Virus record (IMG/VR): IMGVR_UViG_3300042731_007874
Length of the DNA: 64,000 nucleotides
Source of the DNA: a virus
Reading direction: 5' to 3' (one strand)
In this document: positions 1 through 9,812 of the stretch, piece by piece
Layout of the letters: each line of letters begins with the position of its first letter
How positions within the stretch are numbered: the stretch's first letter is position 1
The notes under the pieces: model-generated
The model's database searches: none
Seen by the model: the letters and a program-made list of their open reading frames with translations, nothing else
Told to the model about the DNA's origin: nothing
Program-made: the position numbers and the translations under genes

Positions 1-1386
1 ATTTCAAGGATTGTTATTGATTCCAATACTCCACATGGTCACAGAACAACCGTTACTGCTCTTTATTCTGTTGATAGCCACAACTGGAACATAGTTCCAT
101 CTAAACAAGCAACTCAGTATCTTTATGATAGTATTGCCTGGAATTTTTCAAAAAGATCCGCAAGGTGGGTAAAATTTATTTTTTATAAAACAAGTCATGA
201 TTCTGGGTTTTATGAATATATTTATTCTTTAAGATCTATAAGATTTTATAAAGACGCTTATTATGAAGACAATGGAAATCTTTTTTATAGTATTCCGATG
301 TCTGTTTTAAAAACAGATGACACGTTATATTCTTTTGCAAAAGCCCAATTAGATGTTTGTGAAGTGTTACCCACAAATACAAATATAAAATATTCATTGG
401 CGGCTTCAAAAGACAACTCTACTTGGACCTCCTGGTATTCTATAAACCCTTCTACTAGAGAAGACGTTAACTATCCTAAAATAGTAGCTTTTTCCGGGAT
501 TGACTGGAAAGATAATACTAGTAGTGATATTACAGAGTTAAATTCTTCTTATGAAAAGAATGTTTTAGTTTCAACTTTCGATGATTCTGACATTGAAACT
601 TATCGACTACGGCCTTCTTGCGCAGTTGTAAATAGTAAAATTTCTATCTCTTCGGAAGAAGATTTAGAGCCAGTTGCCAATAGTGTAGTGGTCTGGAGAA
701 ATACTTTAGACAGAAGCACCTTCCCTGATACTACAACAGTAAGAGATGTTGTTAGAGGATGGTCTTTGAATGGCCAAACTTATGGTTGCTATTTTGAGAT
801 CTTAAATCCAAACGGACGTCTTATTGATTTTGGAGCGAGAGAATGTGTTCTTGATGGGAATAACGTAAGTGGGGTTGTTAATTTAGGGATGGGTGTTCAT
901 AAATTTCAAACCGCAGCAGAAAATTGGTTTGATATTTCTTCGTCTATAGAGTCAATCTCTGTTGGATCCGAAGAGATTTTAAAGTCCGTAGATCCTCTTT
1001 ACCCCTATAACCATAAACTTTTAGTTGAGGGATTCCCTTATCTTCTTGGTTTTGAAGGAACTAAAGTTTATTTAGGGGCAGATCGAGTTGCAGAATCTTA
1101 TATGAAGCGGGTCAGCTTGTTTGATCTAGAAAATAATATTTTTGATTATGATTCTTTTGCGATTAGGGACATTAGTAATGCAGAAAACAATCCTATTATT
1201 GGAATTGTTGTTCGTTATAACCAAGAGAATGTAGATTTTGTAAATGAACTCTTTCTTGTCAAGTGGCGTTCTGGAGGAGATAACGCTTCTTTATATAAGT
1301 ATATAAAATTACAAGCAGAATTATTGACAGATGACAGTGAGACTTCTCCATCGTTTTCTTCTTATAGAATTAAGCTTGGAGTTTAA
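1..1386 (+). CDS. Putative virion structural protein, 5'-truncated by the window edge
   Basis: Frame 1 is open from base 1 into the tracked ATG at 298. The extra N-terminal part (YSVDSHNW...ARWVKF) resembles a discoidin/F5-8-like beta-sandwich. Lies upstream of fibre genes. Confidence 0.55.
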   Translation: MSRIVIDSNTPHGHRTTVTALYSVDSHNWNIVPSKQATQYLYDSIAWNFSKRSARWVKFIFYKTSHDSGFYEYIYSLRSIRFYKDAYYEDNGNLFYSIPMSVLKTDDTLYSFAKAQLDVCEVLPTNTNIKYSLAASKDNSTWTSWYSINPSTREDVNYPKIVAFSGIDWKDNTSSDITELNSSYEKNVLVSTFDDSDIETYRLRPSCAVVNSKISISSEEDLEPVANSVVVWRNTLDRSTFPDTTTVRDVVRGWSLNGQTYGCYFEILNPNGRLIDFGARECVLDGNNVSGVVNLGMGVHKFQTAAENWFDISSSIESISVGSEEILKSVDPLYPYNHKLLVEGFPYLLGFEGTKVYLGADRVAESYMKRVSLFDLENNIFDYDSFAIRDISNAENNPIIGIVVRYNQENVDFVNELFLVKWRSGGDNASLYKYIKLQAELLTDDSETSPSFSSYRIKLGV

Positions 1387-1413
1387 TGTTACAATAATAT
1401 TTGGAGGTAGAGA

Positions 1414-4400
1414 ATGACGCAACATTTCAACTGGTCATGGGTAGACACGTTGTCTTCGACCCTAAAAGCGTCGGCCTCAGTTGATCAAAGCAGCGGTACC
1501 TTTTATTCTTTTCGAACTGCAGCAAGAGGATCTATTAGTTCTACAGAGCTGAATGCTTCTTTAGATTCAATGAAATCGAACCTAAACCATCAGTGGAGGT
1601 TGTGGCAAAATAATATTCGTCCTGTCTTAGATTCCCTCCCTGCAGGAGCAAGAGACACTAGGTGGAGAGTGGGGAAAGGACTTCCTCCTAAGATTGATGC
1701 CTTAACATATGGCCTCCAAGGAACTACGCTGTTTGTATTTAACGACGCAAACGCAATTCGGGCTAGTGGTCGGTATTGGGACACTGATACTGAACGCCCA
1801 ATTACTATCGCAGAAGCCTTTGAAAACTTATGGTATGCTATTGATAATTTAGAAATAACTTCTACTTCTCCAACTCCTTCTTCGGTTGATTTGGATCCTT
1901 TATGGAACGCTATTGGATATCATTATCAAGATCCTTCATTAACTTCTTCTTCAGAATCTTTAGACTCTAGAGTTGGAGTTACAGAAGACTGGCTGGAGCA
2001 GTTAAAGAAAGATTTATATGGGAATCATGAAGGTTATCTCCCTTGGACATTTGGGGTTCCTTTATCTTATAGCGTAGCAATGAATATAGATTATCTCCTG
2101 AAAGCCCATGGAATTCCAGGAGGTTGGCAAGAAGATCCTAGTCTTCTTGGACATGACACTTTCGCTACTGCAGAACACACTCACCCTTATACAGATATTA
2201 GACCAATGCCATCAGTAACTTTGTCTCAAGGCAGAGTTGCTCCGTATAGTACTTTATATAACGACATTCTTCGTATCAGATGGGAAATTACAAGAACAAG
2301 AGGATCTTCTTCTTGGTATACTGATGCTACAGATCCAGTTACTTCGGCTGCAGGAGACCTAAATACACATATGAATTACGTGGGGTCTGGTTCTTCTTCT
2401 GTTTCTAACCCTCATGCCTTGAATTATTCTGATATCGGAGCCGATACTCTTCTAGAGAACTTAGCGCGTTTTGTAGGGATGACAGACTACACAAGTATAG
2501 TTGAAATGCCTACGTACTCTTCTACTAATTATGTCACCCAGGCAGGAGATTTAGAACAAGCTATAGGAGAGTTAGACGCAGCTATTAAAGACGCTATTAC
2601 TGGGTTTGTTTCTAGAGTTGAATATGGACCTTATGACCGAAGTGGACTCTCTGATACTCAACGAGAGCAAACTCCAATTACTATTGTACACGGATATGGG
2701 CAAGAACCAGTTGTTAATATTATCGATTTGTCTCCAGACCAGCAAGCCTGGGGAATGTATAGCACTCCAACATCAGATGTTGTAATTGACTTCCCAGATC
2801 TTAATACAATTCGTATTTGGACAAATGCTGAAATAGTAAAAGCAATCTGTCTTTTTGGCGGCGTCGCTGGAGGTGGAGGAGAAGGGACGACCGATCATGG
2901 TAGCTTAGGTGGATTGCTGGATGACGACCATCTGCAATACTTGTTGGTCTCTGGGGCTAGAGCTATGGCTGGGAACCTTAACATGGCCAGCTATAAAGTT
3001 CATACTACTTCTGGAACTCTAAAATTTTCTGATAGTTATAACGGGTCTTCTTCTTGGTCTCAGACTTATATTAACTTAGCTGCTTCAGCTGCAGAGTGGA
3101 CTTTGTTCGAAACTAACTTTGGAGGAGAAGTTAGTTTAATGAACGCTATTAACCAGGCTTACGCTGCAGGAGGAGGAACACCTTTACTTACAGATACCTA
3201 CATCGGCGTAGGGAATTCTTCAAATCAATTAAGCGGATCAGCAAATTTAACTTACGATCCAGATGGAGATAAATGGCTTCGGATTGGTATCGGTACTCCG
3301 GGCCATCTTGTTTCCGGACCGCCGCCATTTGGGGACGTTGATTGTCTTTATGTTGTCGGGCCATCTGAATTCGATGGCGTTGTCAATCTCGATGCAGGTG
3401 CCAGAGTCTACGATGACCAAACAATCCGGTTTGGTGATGGGTCTGATGCTACTATTGGTTTCAACACGGACCAAACAAATGATATGCTTATACTCGGACT
3501 CGCAAGCCCGAGAGTGTTTGTGATTTGTGAAAAAGCAGACATAGCAACTGACTTTGGACATGCTGCTTCGACAGATCCAGCGTTAGTAATACAAAGCGCA
3601 GACGCAACAACAGTAGCACAGTATATTTCTCTTTCTCATAACCAGACACACGCACATTTGATTTCAGGAGTAGGGTCTTTCCAATTTGAAGACGCCTATT
3701 TAGATGGCTCTACTTATGATACTGCATTTGTATTAGCTGACGCGTCCGGTGAGTATGATACGTTCGAAACTAATTTTGGAGAAGTTAGTTTAATCAATGC
3801 CCTTAACCAAGCTTACGCTGCAGGAGGAGGAACACCTTCACTTACAGATACTTATATCGGCGTAGGAAACTCTTCAAATCAACTTTCTGGTTCTGCTAAC
3901 CTAACCTACGATTCAGATGGCAACAGGTGGCTTCAGATTGGTACAGGGACGCCGAACAGGCTAAGTGGAAACGACTGTCTTTATGTAACCGGGCTCTCTG
4001 AATTTGATAGCCGAGTCGATTTTGAAGTCGGAACTTATTTTCGCGGCGGATTTTATGTATTAGATAATCGTCTTATAAGACTTGGAACTAGCGATGATTC
4101 TCAGTTAGTTTATGCGGCTAGCTCACAAACAAATCCAGCTGTTTTATGGGGATTGACCGCAGAATCCAACACGCTGATATTTTGCGAGACTGCAGATATG
4201 GCGACTAATTTCGACCATGCTGCCTATACCGATCCGACATTAGTAATACAGAGTGCAGACGCGACAGACATTACACAATATGGTAGACTCACGCATGATC
4301 AAACAGATTTTGTTATTGCTGCAGGTTCTGGGTCAGTTAGGATTTCAAATGCCGATGTAGGTGGAGGATCTTCTCCTCTTATTGTAGATAATGCTTCTGA

Positions 4401-5037
4401 TTCTTTATATTCTATTTGGTTGGAAGCATATGACGGAGATGGATCTATTATCTGGTCTGACGAGCCTATTTATCTCGGAATGACAGAAGGTTACTATTCT
4501 CCTTACTTTATGGTTGATGGTATACAAGGAGAAACTTATTACGCTGCCGCAGAGATGGGACTCAATGATTCTGATGCCTACTTAAGAATATATAGATCTG
4601 GCGGAGCAGACTATGATGCGACTTTTTCCGGTATTGATCAGGTACTTTTTGACGTAAATACACTTTCTCTTAGTTCGAGTCCAAATAACGCAGCGATCAA
4701 AAACGCTAATTCTATTTCTTTCGGAGCAACCGTTCCTAATGCAACAGGAATTACTTCTGGAACTCTATCTATAGATTGGGAAGAAAGATGTATGCAGCGA
4801 GTTACTGTAGATGAAAACGTAACAACTGTAACTTTCTCTAATAACCCAAACGGTATTGGAAGAATTTCTATTTTGTTATCTTTTACTGGATCTTATTCTG
4901 TTACTGGTTTTACGGGCTGTACTTGGGCAGGTACTTCTCCTCCATTTAGCGGGACATCAGGAGAAGTCTATATACTTACTTTCGAATATCATGGTTCTTC
5001 TACTTATTACGGTATAATATCAGGACCTTTTAGTTAA
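1414..5037 (+). CDS. Large tail-fibre/virion protein (1207 aa) with internal duplication
   Basis: Gly/Ser/Thr-rich, with a ~218-aa internal repeat. The C-terminus (TLSIDW..MQRVTV..NVTTVTFSN..P...TW.G..PP...ILTF..YYG) resembles common phage fibre tip domains. SD GGAGG upstream. Confidence 0.6.
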   Translation: MTQHFNWSWVDTLSSTLKASASVDQSSGTFYSFRTAARGSISSTELNASLDSMKSNLNHQWRLWQNNIRPVLDSLPAGARDTRWRVGKGLPPKIDALTYGLQGTTLFVFNDANAIRASGRYWDTDTERPITIAEAFENLWYAIDNLEITSTSPTPSSVDLDPLWNAIGYHYQDPSLTSSSESLDSRVGVTEDWLEQLKKDLYGNHEGYLPWTFGVPLSYSVAMNIDYLLKAHGIPGGWQEDPSLLGHDTFATAEHTHPYTDIRPMPSVTLSQGRVAPYSTLYNDILRIRWEITRTRGSSSWYTDATDPVTSAAGDLNTHMNYVGSGSSSVSNPHALNYSDIGADTLLENLARFVGMTDYTSIVEMPTYSSTNYVTQAGDLEQAIGELDAAIKDAITGFVSRVEYGPYDRSGLSDTQREQTPITIVHGYGQEPVVNIIDLSPDQQAWGMYSTPTSDVVIDFPDLNTIRIWTNAEIVKAICLFGGVAGGGGEGTTDHGSLGGLLDDDHLQYLLVSGARAMAGNLNMASYKVHTTSGTLKFSDSYNGSSSWSQTYINLAASAAEWTLFETNFGGEVSLMNAINQAYAAGGGTPLLTDTYIGVGNSSNQLSGSANLTYDPDGDKWLRIGIGTPGHLVSGPPPFGDVDCLYVVGPSEFDGVVNLDAGARVYDDQTIRFGDGSDATIGFNTDQTNDMLILGLASPRVFVICEKADIATDFGHAASTDPALVIQSADATTVAQYISLSHNQTHAHLISGVGSFQFEDAYLDGSTYDTAFVLADASGEYDTFETNFGEVSLINALNQAYAAGGGTPSLTDTYIGVGNSSNQLSGSANLTYDSDGNRWLQIGTGTPNRLSGNDCLYVTGLSEFDSRVDFEVGTYFRGGFYVLDNRLIRLGTSDDSQLVYAASSQTNPAVLWGLTAESNTLIFCETADMATNFDHAAYTDPTLVIQSADATDITQYGRLTHDQTDFVIAAGSGSVRISNADVGGGSSPLIVDNASDSLYSIWLEAYDGDGSIIWSDEPIYLGMTEGYYSPYFMVDGIQGETYYAAAEMGLNDSDAYLRIYRSGGADYDATFSGIDQVLFDVNTLSLSSSPNNAAIKNANSISFGATVPNATGITSGTLSIDWEERCMQRVTVDENVTTVTFSNNPNGIGRISILLSFTGSYSVTGFTGCTWAGTSPPFSGTSGEVYILTFEYHGSSTYYGIISGPFS
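3020..4335 (+). repeat. Tandem duplication of ~218 codons inside the 1207-aa gene (boundaries approximate)
   Basis: gaagttagtttaat...gcttacgctgcaggaggaggaacacct...cttacagatac occurs at 3127 and 3781 (654 nt apart). Peptide EVSL.NA.NQAYAAGGGTP.LTDTYIGVGNSSNQLSGSANLTYD occurs twice. Confidence 0.9.
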
Positions 5038-5038
5038 A

Positions 5039-5710
5039 ATGGGAACAACTTTTATAGCTTATAATTTTGACACGGCTAACGGAGCAACAGAGATTACTGT
5101 CGATAAGCCTACAGGGACGGTAGACAATGATCTAATGTTTACTCTTGTGGCAAGAGAAAATTCTACTGAAAATCCAACTCCTCCTTCCGGATGGACCAAA
5201 CTTGCTTCTGCTGCCCCTTCGAGCCATAAATTTTGGTTTTATTATAAAGTTGCTTCTTCAGAAGGAAGTGACTACACTTGGACTTGGACAATTAATAGAG
5301 ATATTGCAGTAATGATAGCTACTTATCGTGGTGGGTTTGATCCTTCTGATTCTATTGACTATGATCCTCCTGATAACGACACCTATGTAGTAAACGATAC
5401 AACCATAAGGGCTAGTTCTATTGATGTTGCTGCAGACAATAGTGTTTTAATTTTTGCAGGAGGTTGTGACCATTCGTCAGCTGTTTCTTTTACACCTCCA
5501 ACTTCTTTTATAGAAGATGCCGAAGACGGAGAAACTTCCGGCACTGCAGATTATCATATGACTATGACTCATTATAACGGTGCTAGTGCCGGAGCAACAG
5601 GAAATATAGATGGAACTTTATCTGTTTCCTCAATTACTAAACAAGCCTTTCTTGTTTCATTAAATCCTCTTCCTAATATAGGAGGGTTATTTTTTGGGGC
5701 TGGAAGTTAA
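5039..5710 (+). CDS. Putative tail-associated protein
   Basis: KPTGTVDNDLMF...TPPSGWT pattern typical of phage tail accessory beta-domains; tightly packed after the fibre gene. Confidence 0.5.
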   Translation: MGTTFIAYNFDTANGATEITVDKPTGTVDNDLMFTLVARENSTENPTPPSGWTKLASAAPSSHKFWFYYKVASSEGSDYTWTWTINRDIAVMIATYRGGFDPSDSIDYDPPDNDTYVVNDTTIRASSIDVAADNSVLIFAGGCDHSSAVSFTPPTSFIEDAEDGETSGTADYHMTMTHYNGASAGATGNIDGTLSVSSITKQAFLVSLNPLPNIGGLFFGAGS

Positions 5711-5731
5711 TTAATATGAAGGTGATGTTTC

Positions 5732-6028
5732 TTGAGTAAAAAAGTAAAGAAAACAAAACCCGAAGAAATAATCCCAGAGCATGTCTTAAATGGAGAAATT
5801 ACTTCGGTTAGGGTTTATTTTGACGATAATGGAGAACATTATATTAAAATCATAACGACAGGAGAAATTGAAAGACAAGATTTATTATGGGACGACATGA
5901 CAAATCAAGAAAAAAAGTTATGTACCGATGCTTGGGATCTTGCTCTTGATCACCTAGATGTAGAAGAATCGATGGGAAGTTTTATTCCGAAAACTAGGAG
6001 TAATTATGTCAAAATCAAAAATAGATAG
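5732..6028 (+). CDS. Hypothetical protein
   Basis: ORF with SD-like AAGGTG and TTG start, in operon context. Confidence 0.5.
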   Translation: MSKKVKKTKPEEIIPEHVLNGEITSVRVYFDDNGEHYIKIITTGEIERQDLLWDDMTNQEKKLCTDAWDLALDHLDVEESMGSFIPKTRSNYVKIKNR

Positions 6029-8351
6029 AGCTAATACTTCAAAAATCAACCATGGAACTTCTCTTCCTAGTTCTTATACTAGAGGAAATATCTATGGAAG
6101 AGATGGGGCTGCTACTGTTTATTTTAGAGATGCCTCTACTGGTGTTTGGAATGCTATTTCTGGCGGCGGTGGTGGCGGTGGCGGAGTGGGAATATTTGAA
6201 GAAGGTACTGGATCTGCTTCAGCTCAACGAATAGGCCAAAGCTTAGATGCTCTTGGAGATTCTTCTTTCTTAATGGGGTCTTCTTTAACTTGTACTACTT
6301 CTGCTGATTATAGTTTTTTATTTGGTGCTAACAGTTCATTATCTTCTCCTTATTCTGCTGTATTTGGATATACTCATTCAGTAGCAGGTTATTCAAGTTA
6401 TTCTGCTGTATTTGGATATACAAATACTATAGGCTCTTTTTCTTCTGGTAATGTTGTTGGTGGCAAAAGTAATACTATAGGAGGAACTGCAACTGCCAAC
6501 AGTGTTTTTGGCGCAGAAAATAATATTTCTAATAGCAGTTCCTATTCTTCAGTAGCTGGAAGAAGCAATAGTATTGGAACAGATTGTGATTATCTATTAG
6601 TTGCAGGCTATAGTCACAATATTTCTTCCTCAACAAGTTATGCAATTACAGTAGGAAGAGATAATTCATTAGGATATTCTTCTACTGGATGTTCTTACTC
6701 ATCAGTTTTTGGTAGAAACAACCTATTATCAGACGCTGTTTATAGCACTGCTTTTGGTTATCTAAATGGTCTTTCTAACTGTAATTATTCATTTATATCA
6801 GGACAAAGTAATGCTCTTCAAGGAGATCACAATACGATTTTTGGTCAAACAGTTACTCTTTCTAAATACGGAAGTGTATATTCTACCTATAACTTTCTGG
6901 CGGGTCATAGTATTGCTGCGTTAGGAAGAATAACTTCTTGTGCGTGTTTTGGTACTAGTTATACGATTACCGGTATAAGTACTGGAACTTTTATTGCTGG
7001 AGACTCTCACTCTAATTTATCTGCTGTAAATAGATGTGCAATTTTTGGTGGAGAAAATGCTGTTAATGGAGGAGGACATGTTGTTGGTGGCCAGAATAAT
7101 ACCTGTAGTTTTTCTAACTACGATGCTGTTTTTGGAAGATTAAATATAGTTTCTAACTCCAGTTATTCTATGGTTACTGGTCAATCAAATTCTGTTGCTA
7201 ATTCTGACTACACTGTTGTTTTTGGAGAATCAAACACACAGTCAAATGGCGGATATAGCATAATGACAGGAGCTTCTAATACTTTTTCTGATCTACTTTA
7301 TTCTATGGTCATTGGTTATAGTATTTCTGGTACATCAGAAACCAAATATAATATTATTTCTGGATACAACCATACTCTCTCTGCATTACAATATAGTTTG
7401 GTCGCTGGAAATGAACATACTGTCTCTGGTTCCTATAATTGTATTGTCGGGACAGAGCAAGATATTACTGGTAACTACAATATAGTTAGTGGACTCTCTC
7501 AAGAAATAAGTGGTTCTTATGGTGCTGTTTTCGGAACTGGACATGAAATAACAGGAACTGGACATATCATTAGCGGGAATAGCCATATAGTTGCAAATAG
7601 TAGTGATTATTCTGCTGTATTTGGAGAAGATCATATTGACAATGGACCCGGATATAATCTTCTTGCTGGATACCAAAACCTTGTTAGTACTGGTTCTTAT
7701 AACGCCTTAGTAGGAAAGAGTCATATAGTAAGCGGATCAGACATTCAATATTGTTTTGCGGCGGGATATAATCATACTCTTACAAATGACGGGGGTGTTG
7801 CTTTTGGATATAGGAATGTTGTCCAGGCAGATTATGCTCTCGCAATAGGAAGACGTTCTAGTGCAATTTGGCCTGGAACAATCTTTTCTTCTGGAGATGA
7901 TATTGACGGAGCAGGATCTTCTCAAATCATGTATGGATGTCCTCTTGTTGGTCAAACAGTTGGAGATGTAGATTGTGTAATGATGTTTGATCTGGGAGAC
8001 AGTAGTTCTCCTCTCTATTGCCCTGATGGCCAAACCCAAATGTATAAAGTGGTTCTATTTTGTGCGGATTCCGGAACTTCTGGACTAAAGGCTTTTGAGT
8101 TTACTATTTTTGTATGGAGAAATGATCCTGTTATAGGAATGGGGTTAGCATCTGGTGGAGGAGAATCTGGTATTACTCAAATCTACACAAATGGTTCTGG
8201 GATTTCTGTTATTCCATCGGTCTCCTCAAACTCAACTGATAAAACAGTAGAGATTAATGTTAACGGAGAGGCTGGGAAAACAATTAATTATATAGCTCAT
8301 GTTTGGGCTGGTGGAACAATTCCTACTGCATTTACTGCTGCTGGTAGTTAA
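6006..8351 (+). CDS. Ser/Gly-rich beta-solenoid repeat protein (adhesin-head/tail-fibre-like, 781 aa)
   Basis: Dozens of ~14-16-aa repeats of the form S.V.G..N/H. A 24-bp direct repeat at 6350-6373 and 6398-6421 shows tandem expansion. Confidence 0.7.
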   Translation: MSKSKIDRANTSKINHGTSLPSSYTRGNIYGRDGAATVYFRDASTGVWNAISGGGGGGGGVGIFEEGTGSASAQRIGQSLDALGDSSFLMGSSLTCTTSADYSFLFGANSSLSSPYSAVFGYTHSVAGYSSYSAVFGYTNTIGSFSSGNVVGGKSNTIGGTATANSVFGAENNISNSSSYSSVAGRSNSIGTDCDYLLVAGYSHNISSSTSYAITVGRDNSLGYSSTGCSYSSVFGRNNLLSDAVYSTAFGYLNGLSNCNYSFISGQSNALQGDHNTIFGQTVTLSKYGSVYSTYNFLAGHSIAALGRITSCACFGTSYTITGISTGTFIAGDSHSNLSAVNRCAIFGGENAVNGGGHVVGGQNNTCSFSNYDAVFGRLNIVSNSSYSMVTGQSNSVANSDYTVVFGESNTQSNGGYSIMTGASNTFSDLLYSMVIGYSISGTSETKYNIISGYNHTLSALQYSLVAGNEHTVSGSYNCIVGTEQDITGNYNIVSGLSQEISGSYGAVFGTGHEITGTGHIISGNSHIVANSSDYSAVFGEDHIDNGPGYNLLAGYQNLVSTGSYNALVGKSHIVSGSDIQYCFAAGYNHTLTNDGGVAFGYRNVVQADYALAIGRRSSAIWPGTIFSSGDDIDGAGSSQIMYGCPLVGQTVGDVDCVMMFDLGDSSSPLYCPDGQTQMYKVVLFCADSGTSGLKAFEFTIFVWRNDPVIGMGLASGGGESGITQIYTNGSGISVIPSVSSNSTDKTVEINVNGEAGKTINYIAHVWAGGTIPTAFTAAGS

Positions 8352-9095
8352 ATGTTTCTTTCTAATCTTCCTGTCTTTTATATTAATTTAAAAAGATCTT
8401 TAGAGCGTCGTAATTATATAGAAAAAGTATTTAAGAATAACGCCTTAAATAGAATAGAGGCTATAGATGGACTTCAGTTTTCTACTGGCGAGGTAGATAG
8501 TTATAACAGATACAAATGGAATCCTGTTATACTTAAAAAACTCATTCAAAAGAAAATACTAAATAACCCCCATAATAGATATTATAATCTTATGCCAACA
8601 GAATTAGGATGTAATCTTTCCCACTTAAAAGCAATAAAAACATTTCTTTTAACTAAAGAAGAATATGCAATTATAATAGAAGATGACGTAGAGCCGGTAG
8701 GGGATCTTTTCTCTATTCAAATACCAGATGATGCTGATTTCTTTTATCTTGTTGGACCAGAACACCCTGGAAACAGAATTCAACTATACTCGGATAATCA
8801 AGTTAAGTGGGCTAGGACTTTAATGGGCTATATTCTTTCACGTAAAGCCGGAGAATCGATTCTAAAGGCCCTTAAGACCCATTACTATCAGACAGACTGG
8901 CAAATACCCTTCAGGCTATTTCAGAGCTTCTCAGGTATCTTAAAATCAAAGTTGCCTCCTGAGTGGGAAGAACTAGAAAGATTTAAGGCTTATGGTCCTG
9001 ATAAAAGTTTAATTATTCATTCTGAATATGCTAAAATTAGTACATTCACGGCGTCTGGTGATAAATGCTGGATTCCAGAAGGAGATAGAATCTAA
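8352..9095 (+). CDS. Glycosyltransferase family 25
   Basis: YINLKRS.ERR, EAIDG, ELGC.LSH, IIEDD, GYILSRKAG and DW motifs. Confidence 0.85.
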   Translation: MFLSNLPVFYINLKRSLERRNYIEKVFKNNALNRIEAIDGLQFSTGEVDSYNRYKWNPVILKKLIQKKILNNPHNRYYNLMPTELGCNLSHLKAIKTFLLTKEEYAIIIEDDVEPVGDLFSIQIPDDADFFYLVGPEHPGNRIQLYSDNQVKWARTLMGYILSRKAGESILKALKTHYYQTDWQIPFRLFQSFSGILKSKLPPEWEELERFKAYGPDKSLIIHSEYAKISTFTASGDKCWIPEGDRI

Positions 9096-9277
9096 TGAGT
9101 ATAGAACAAATTAGAATTTTTCCTAATGCTAACAAAATGACCGTTATCTACAAAACCCAAGATCAAGGAACTAAAATTCTTGTAATTAATGGGAAAGATT
9201 ACGAGGATGTTAAAAAAGCTATTTCTGGTAAAGGCAGATTAATGCCTTTTGTTAAGAATTTAATTAAGGAGGATTAG
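9095..9277 (+). CDS. Small hypothetical protein
   Basis: Start overlaps the GT25 stop (TAATG). Confidence 0.5.
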   Translation: MSIEQIRIFPNANKMTVIYKTQDQGTKILVINGKDYEDVKKAISGKGRLMPFVKNLIKED

Positions 9278-9283
9278 TTTACA

Positions 9284-9658
9284 GTGGTTAAGTTTATAGG
9301 ATTTCGTCCTAAAAGACGATTAAAAAAGATACCTAAAGTAAAATACAGAGATAATAGAATCAGCAAGGAAGAGCAAGAACAACCAGCAAAAGTTGTTGTT
9401 ATTCAAGAAGACGAAGAGGAAGAAGATGCAGTTCGAGTAGTCTCGCCCATTTATGCCCCATCTATTGATGCTCTTGAAAAAGAAGAAACGGCTGAAGAAG
9501 AAGAAGAAACAAAAGAACCTGAAACTAAAGAAAAAGTTATTATTAAAGAAGAAAAGCCAAAGAAAAGAAAATATACGCGGCGGAAAAAGAAAACAAAAGC
9601 TACTGAAGTTTCTGAGCCAAAGCCTTCAATTCTGCCACTTGAGTTGTCAGAGTTGTAA
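9284..9658 (+). CDS. Highly charged (Glu/Lys-rich) hypothetical protein
   Basis: SD AGGAGG upstream; last + strand gene before the strand switch. Confidence 0.55.
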   Translation: MVKFIGFRPKRRLKKIPKVKYRDNRISKEEQEQPAKVVVIQEDEEEEDAVRVVSPIYAPSIDALEKEETAEEEEETKEPETKEKVIIKEEKPKKRKYTRRKKKTKATEVSEPKPSILPLELSEL

Positions 9659-9812
9659 TTAAATCTTCAATTTTACTATTCTCTTTATTTGCTAATGTTA
9701 GAAGTCTGTTTAGCATATTTTTGCTAGCAGCCCCTGCCAAAAGATTTGCAAGGTTTTCTACTTGATCTTCAATATTTGAAAGTTTTAGTTCTTCTTGATA
9801 CGTTAATGACAT
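9600..9812 (-). CDS. Small coiled-coil hypothetical protein
   Basis: Overlaps the stop of the aminotransferase gene; heptad-like sequence similar in style to 55493-55690. Confidence 0.5.
   Translation of the reverse strand: MSLTYQEELKLSNIEDQVENLANLLAGAASKNMLNRLLTLANKENSKIEDLITTLTTQVAELKALAQKLQ

Noticed and set aside
9600-9658. 59-nt 3' overlap at the convergent strand switch as an antisense regulatory element
   Set aside because: Short convergent overlaps are common in compact phage genomes; no hairpin or other signal seen.
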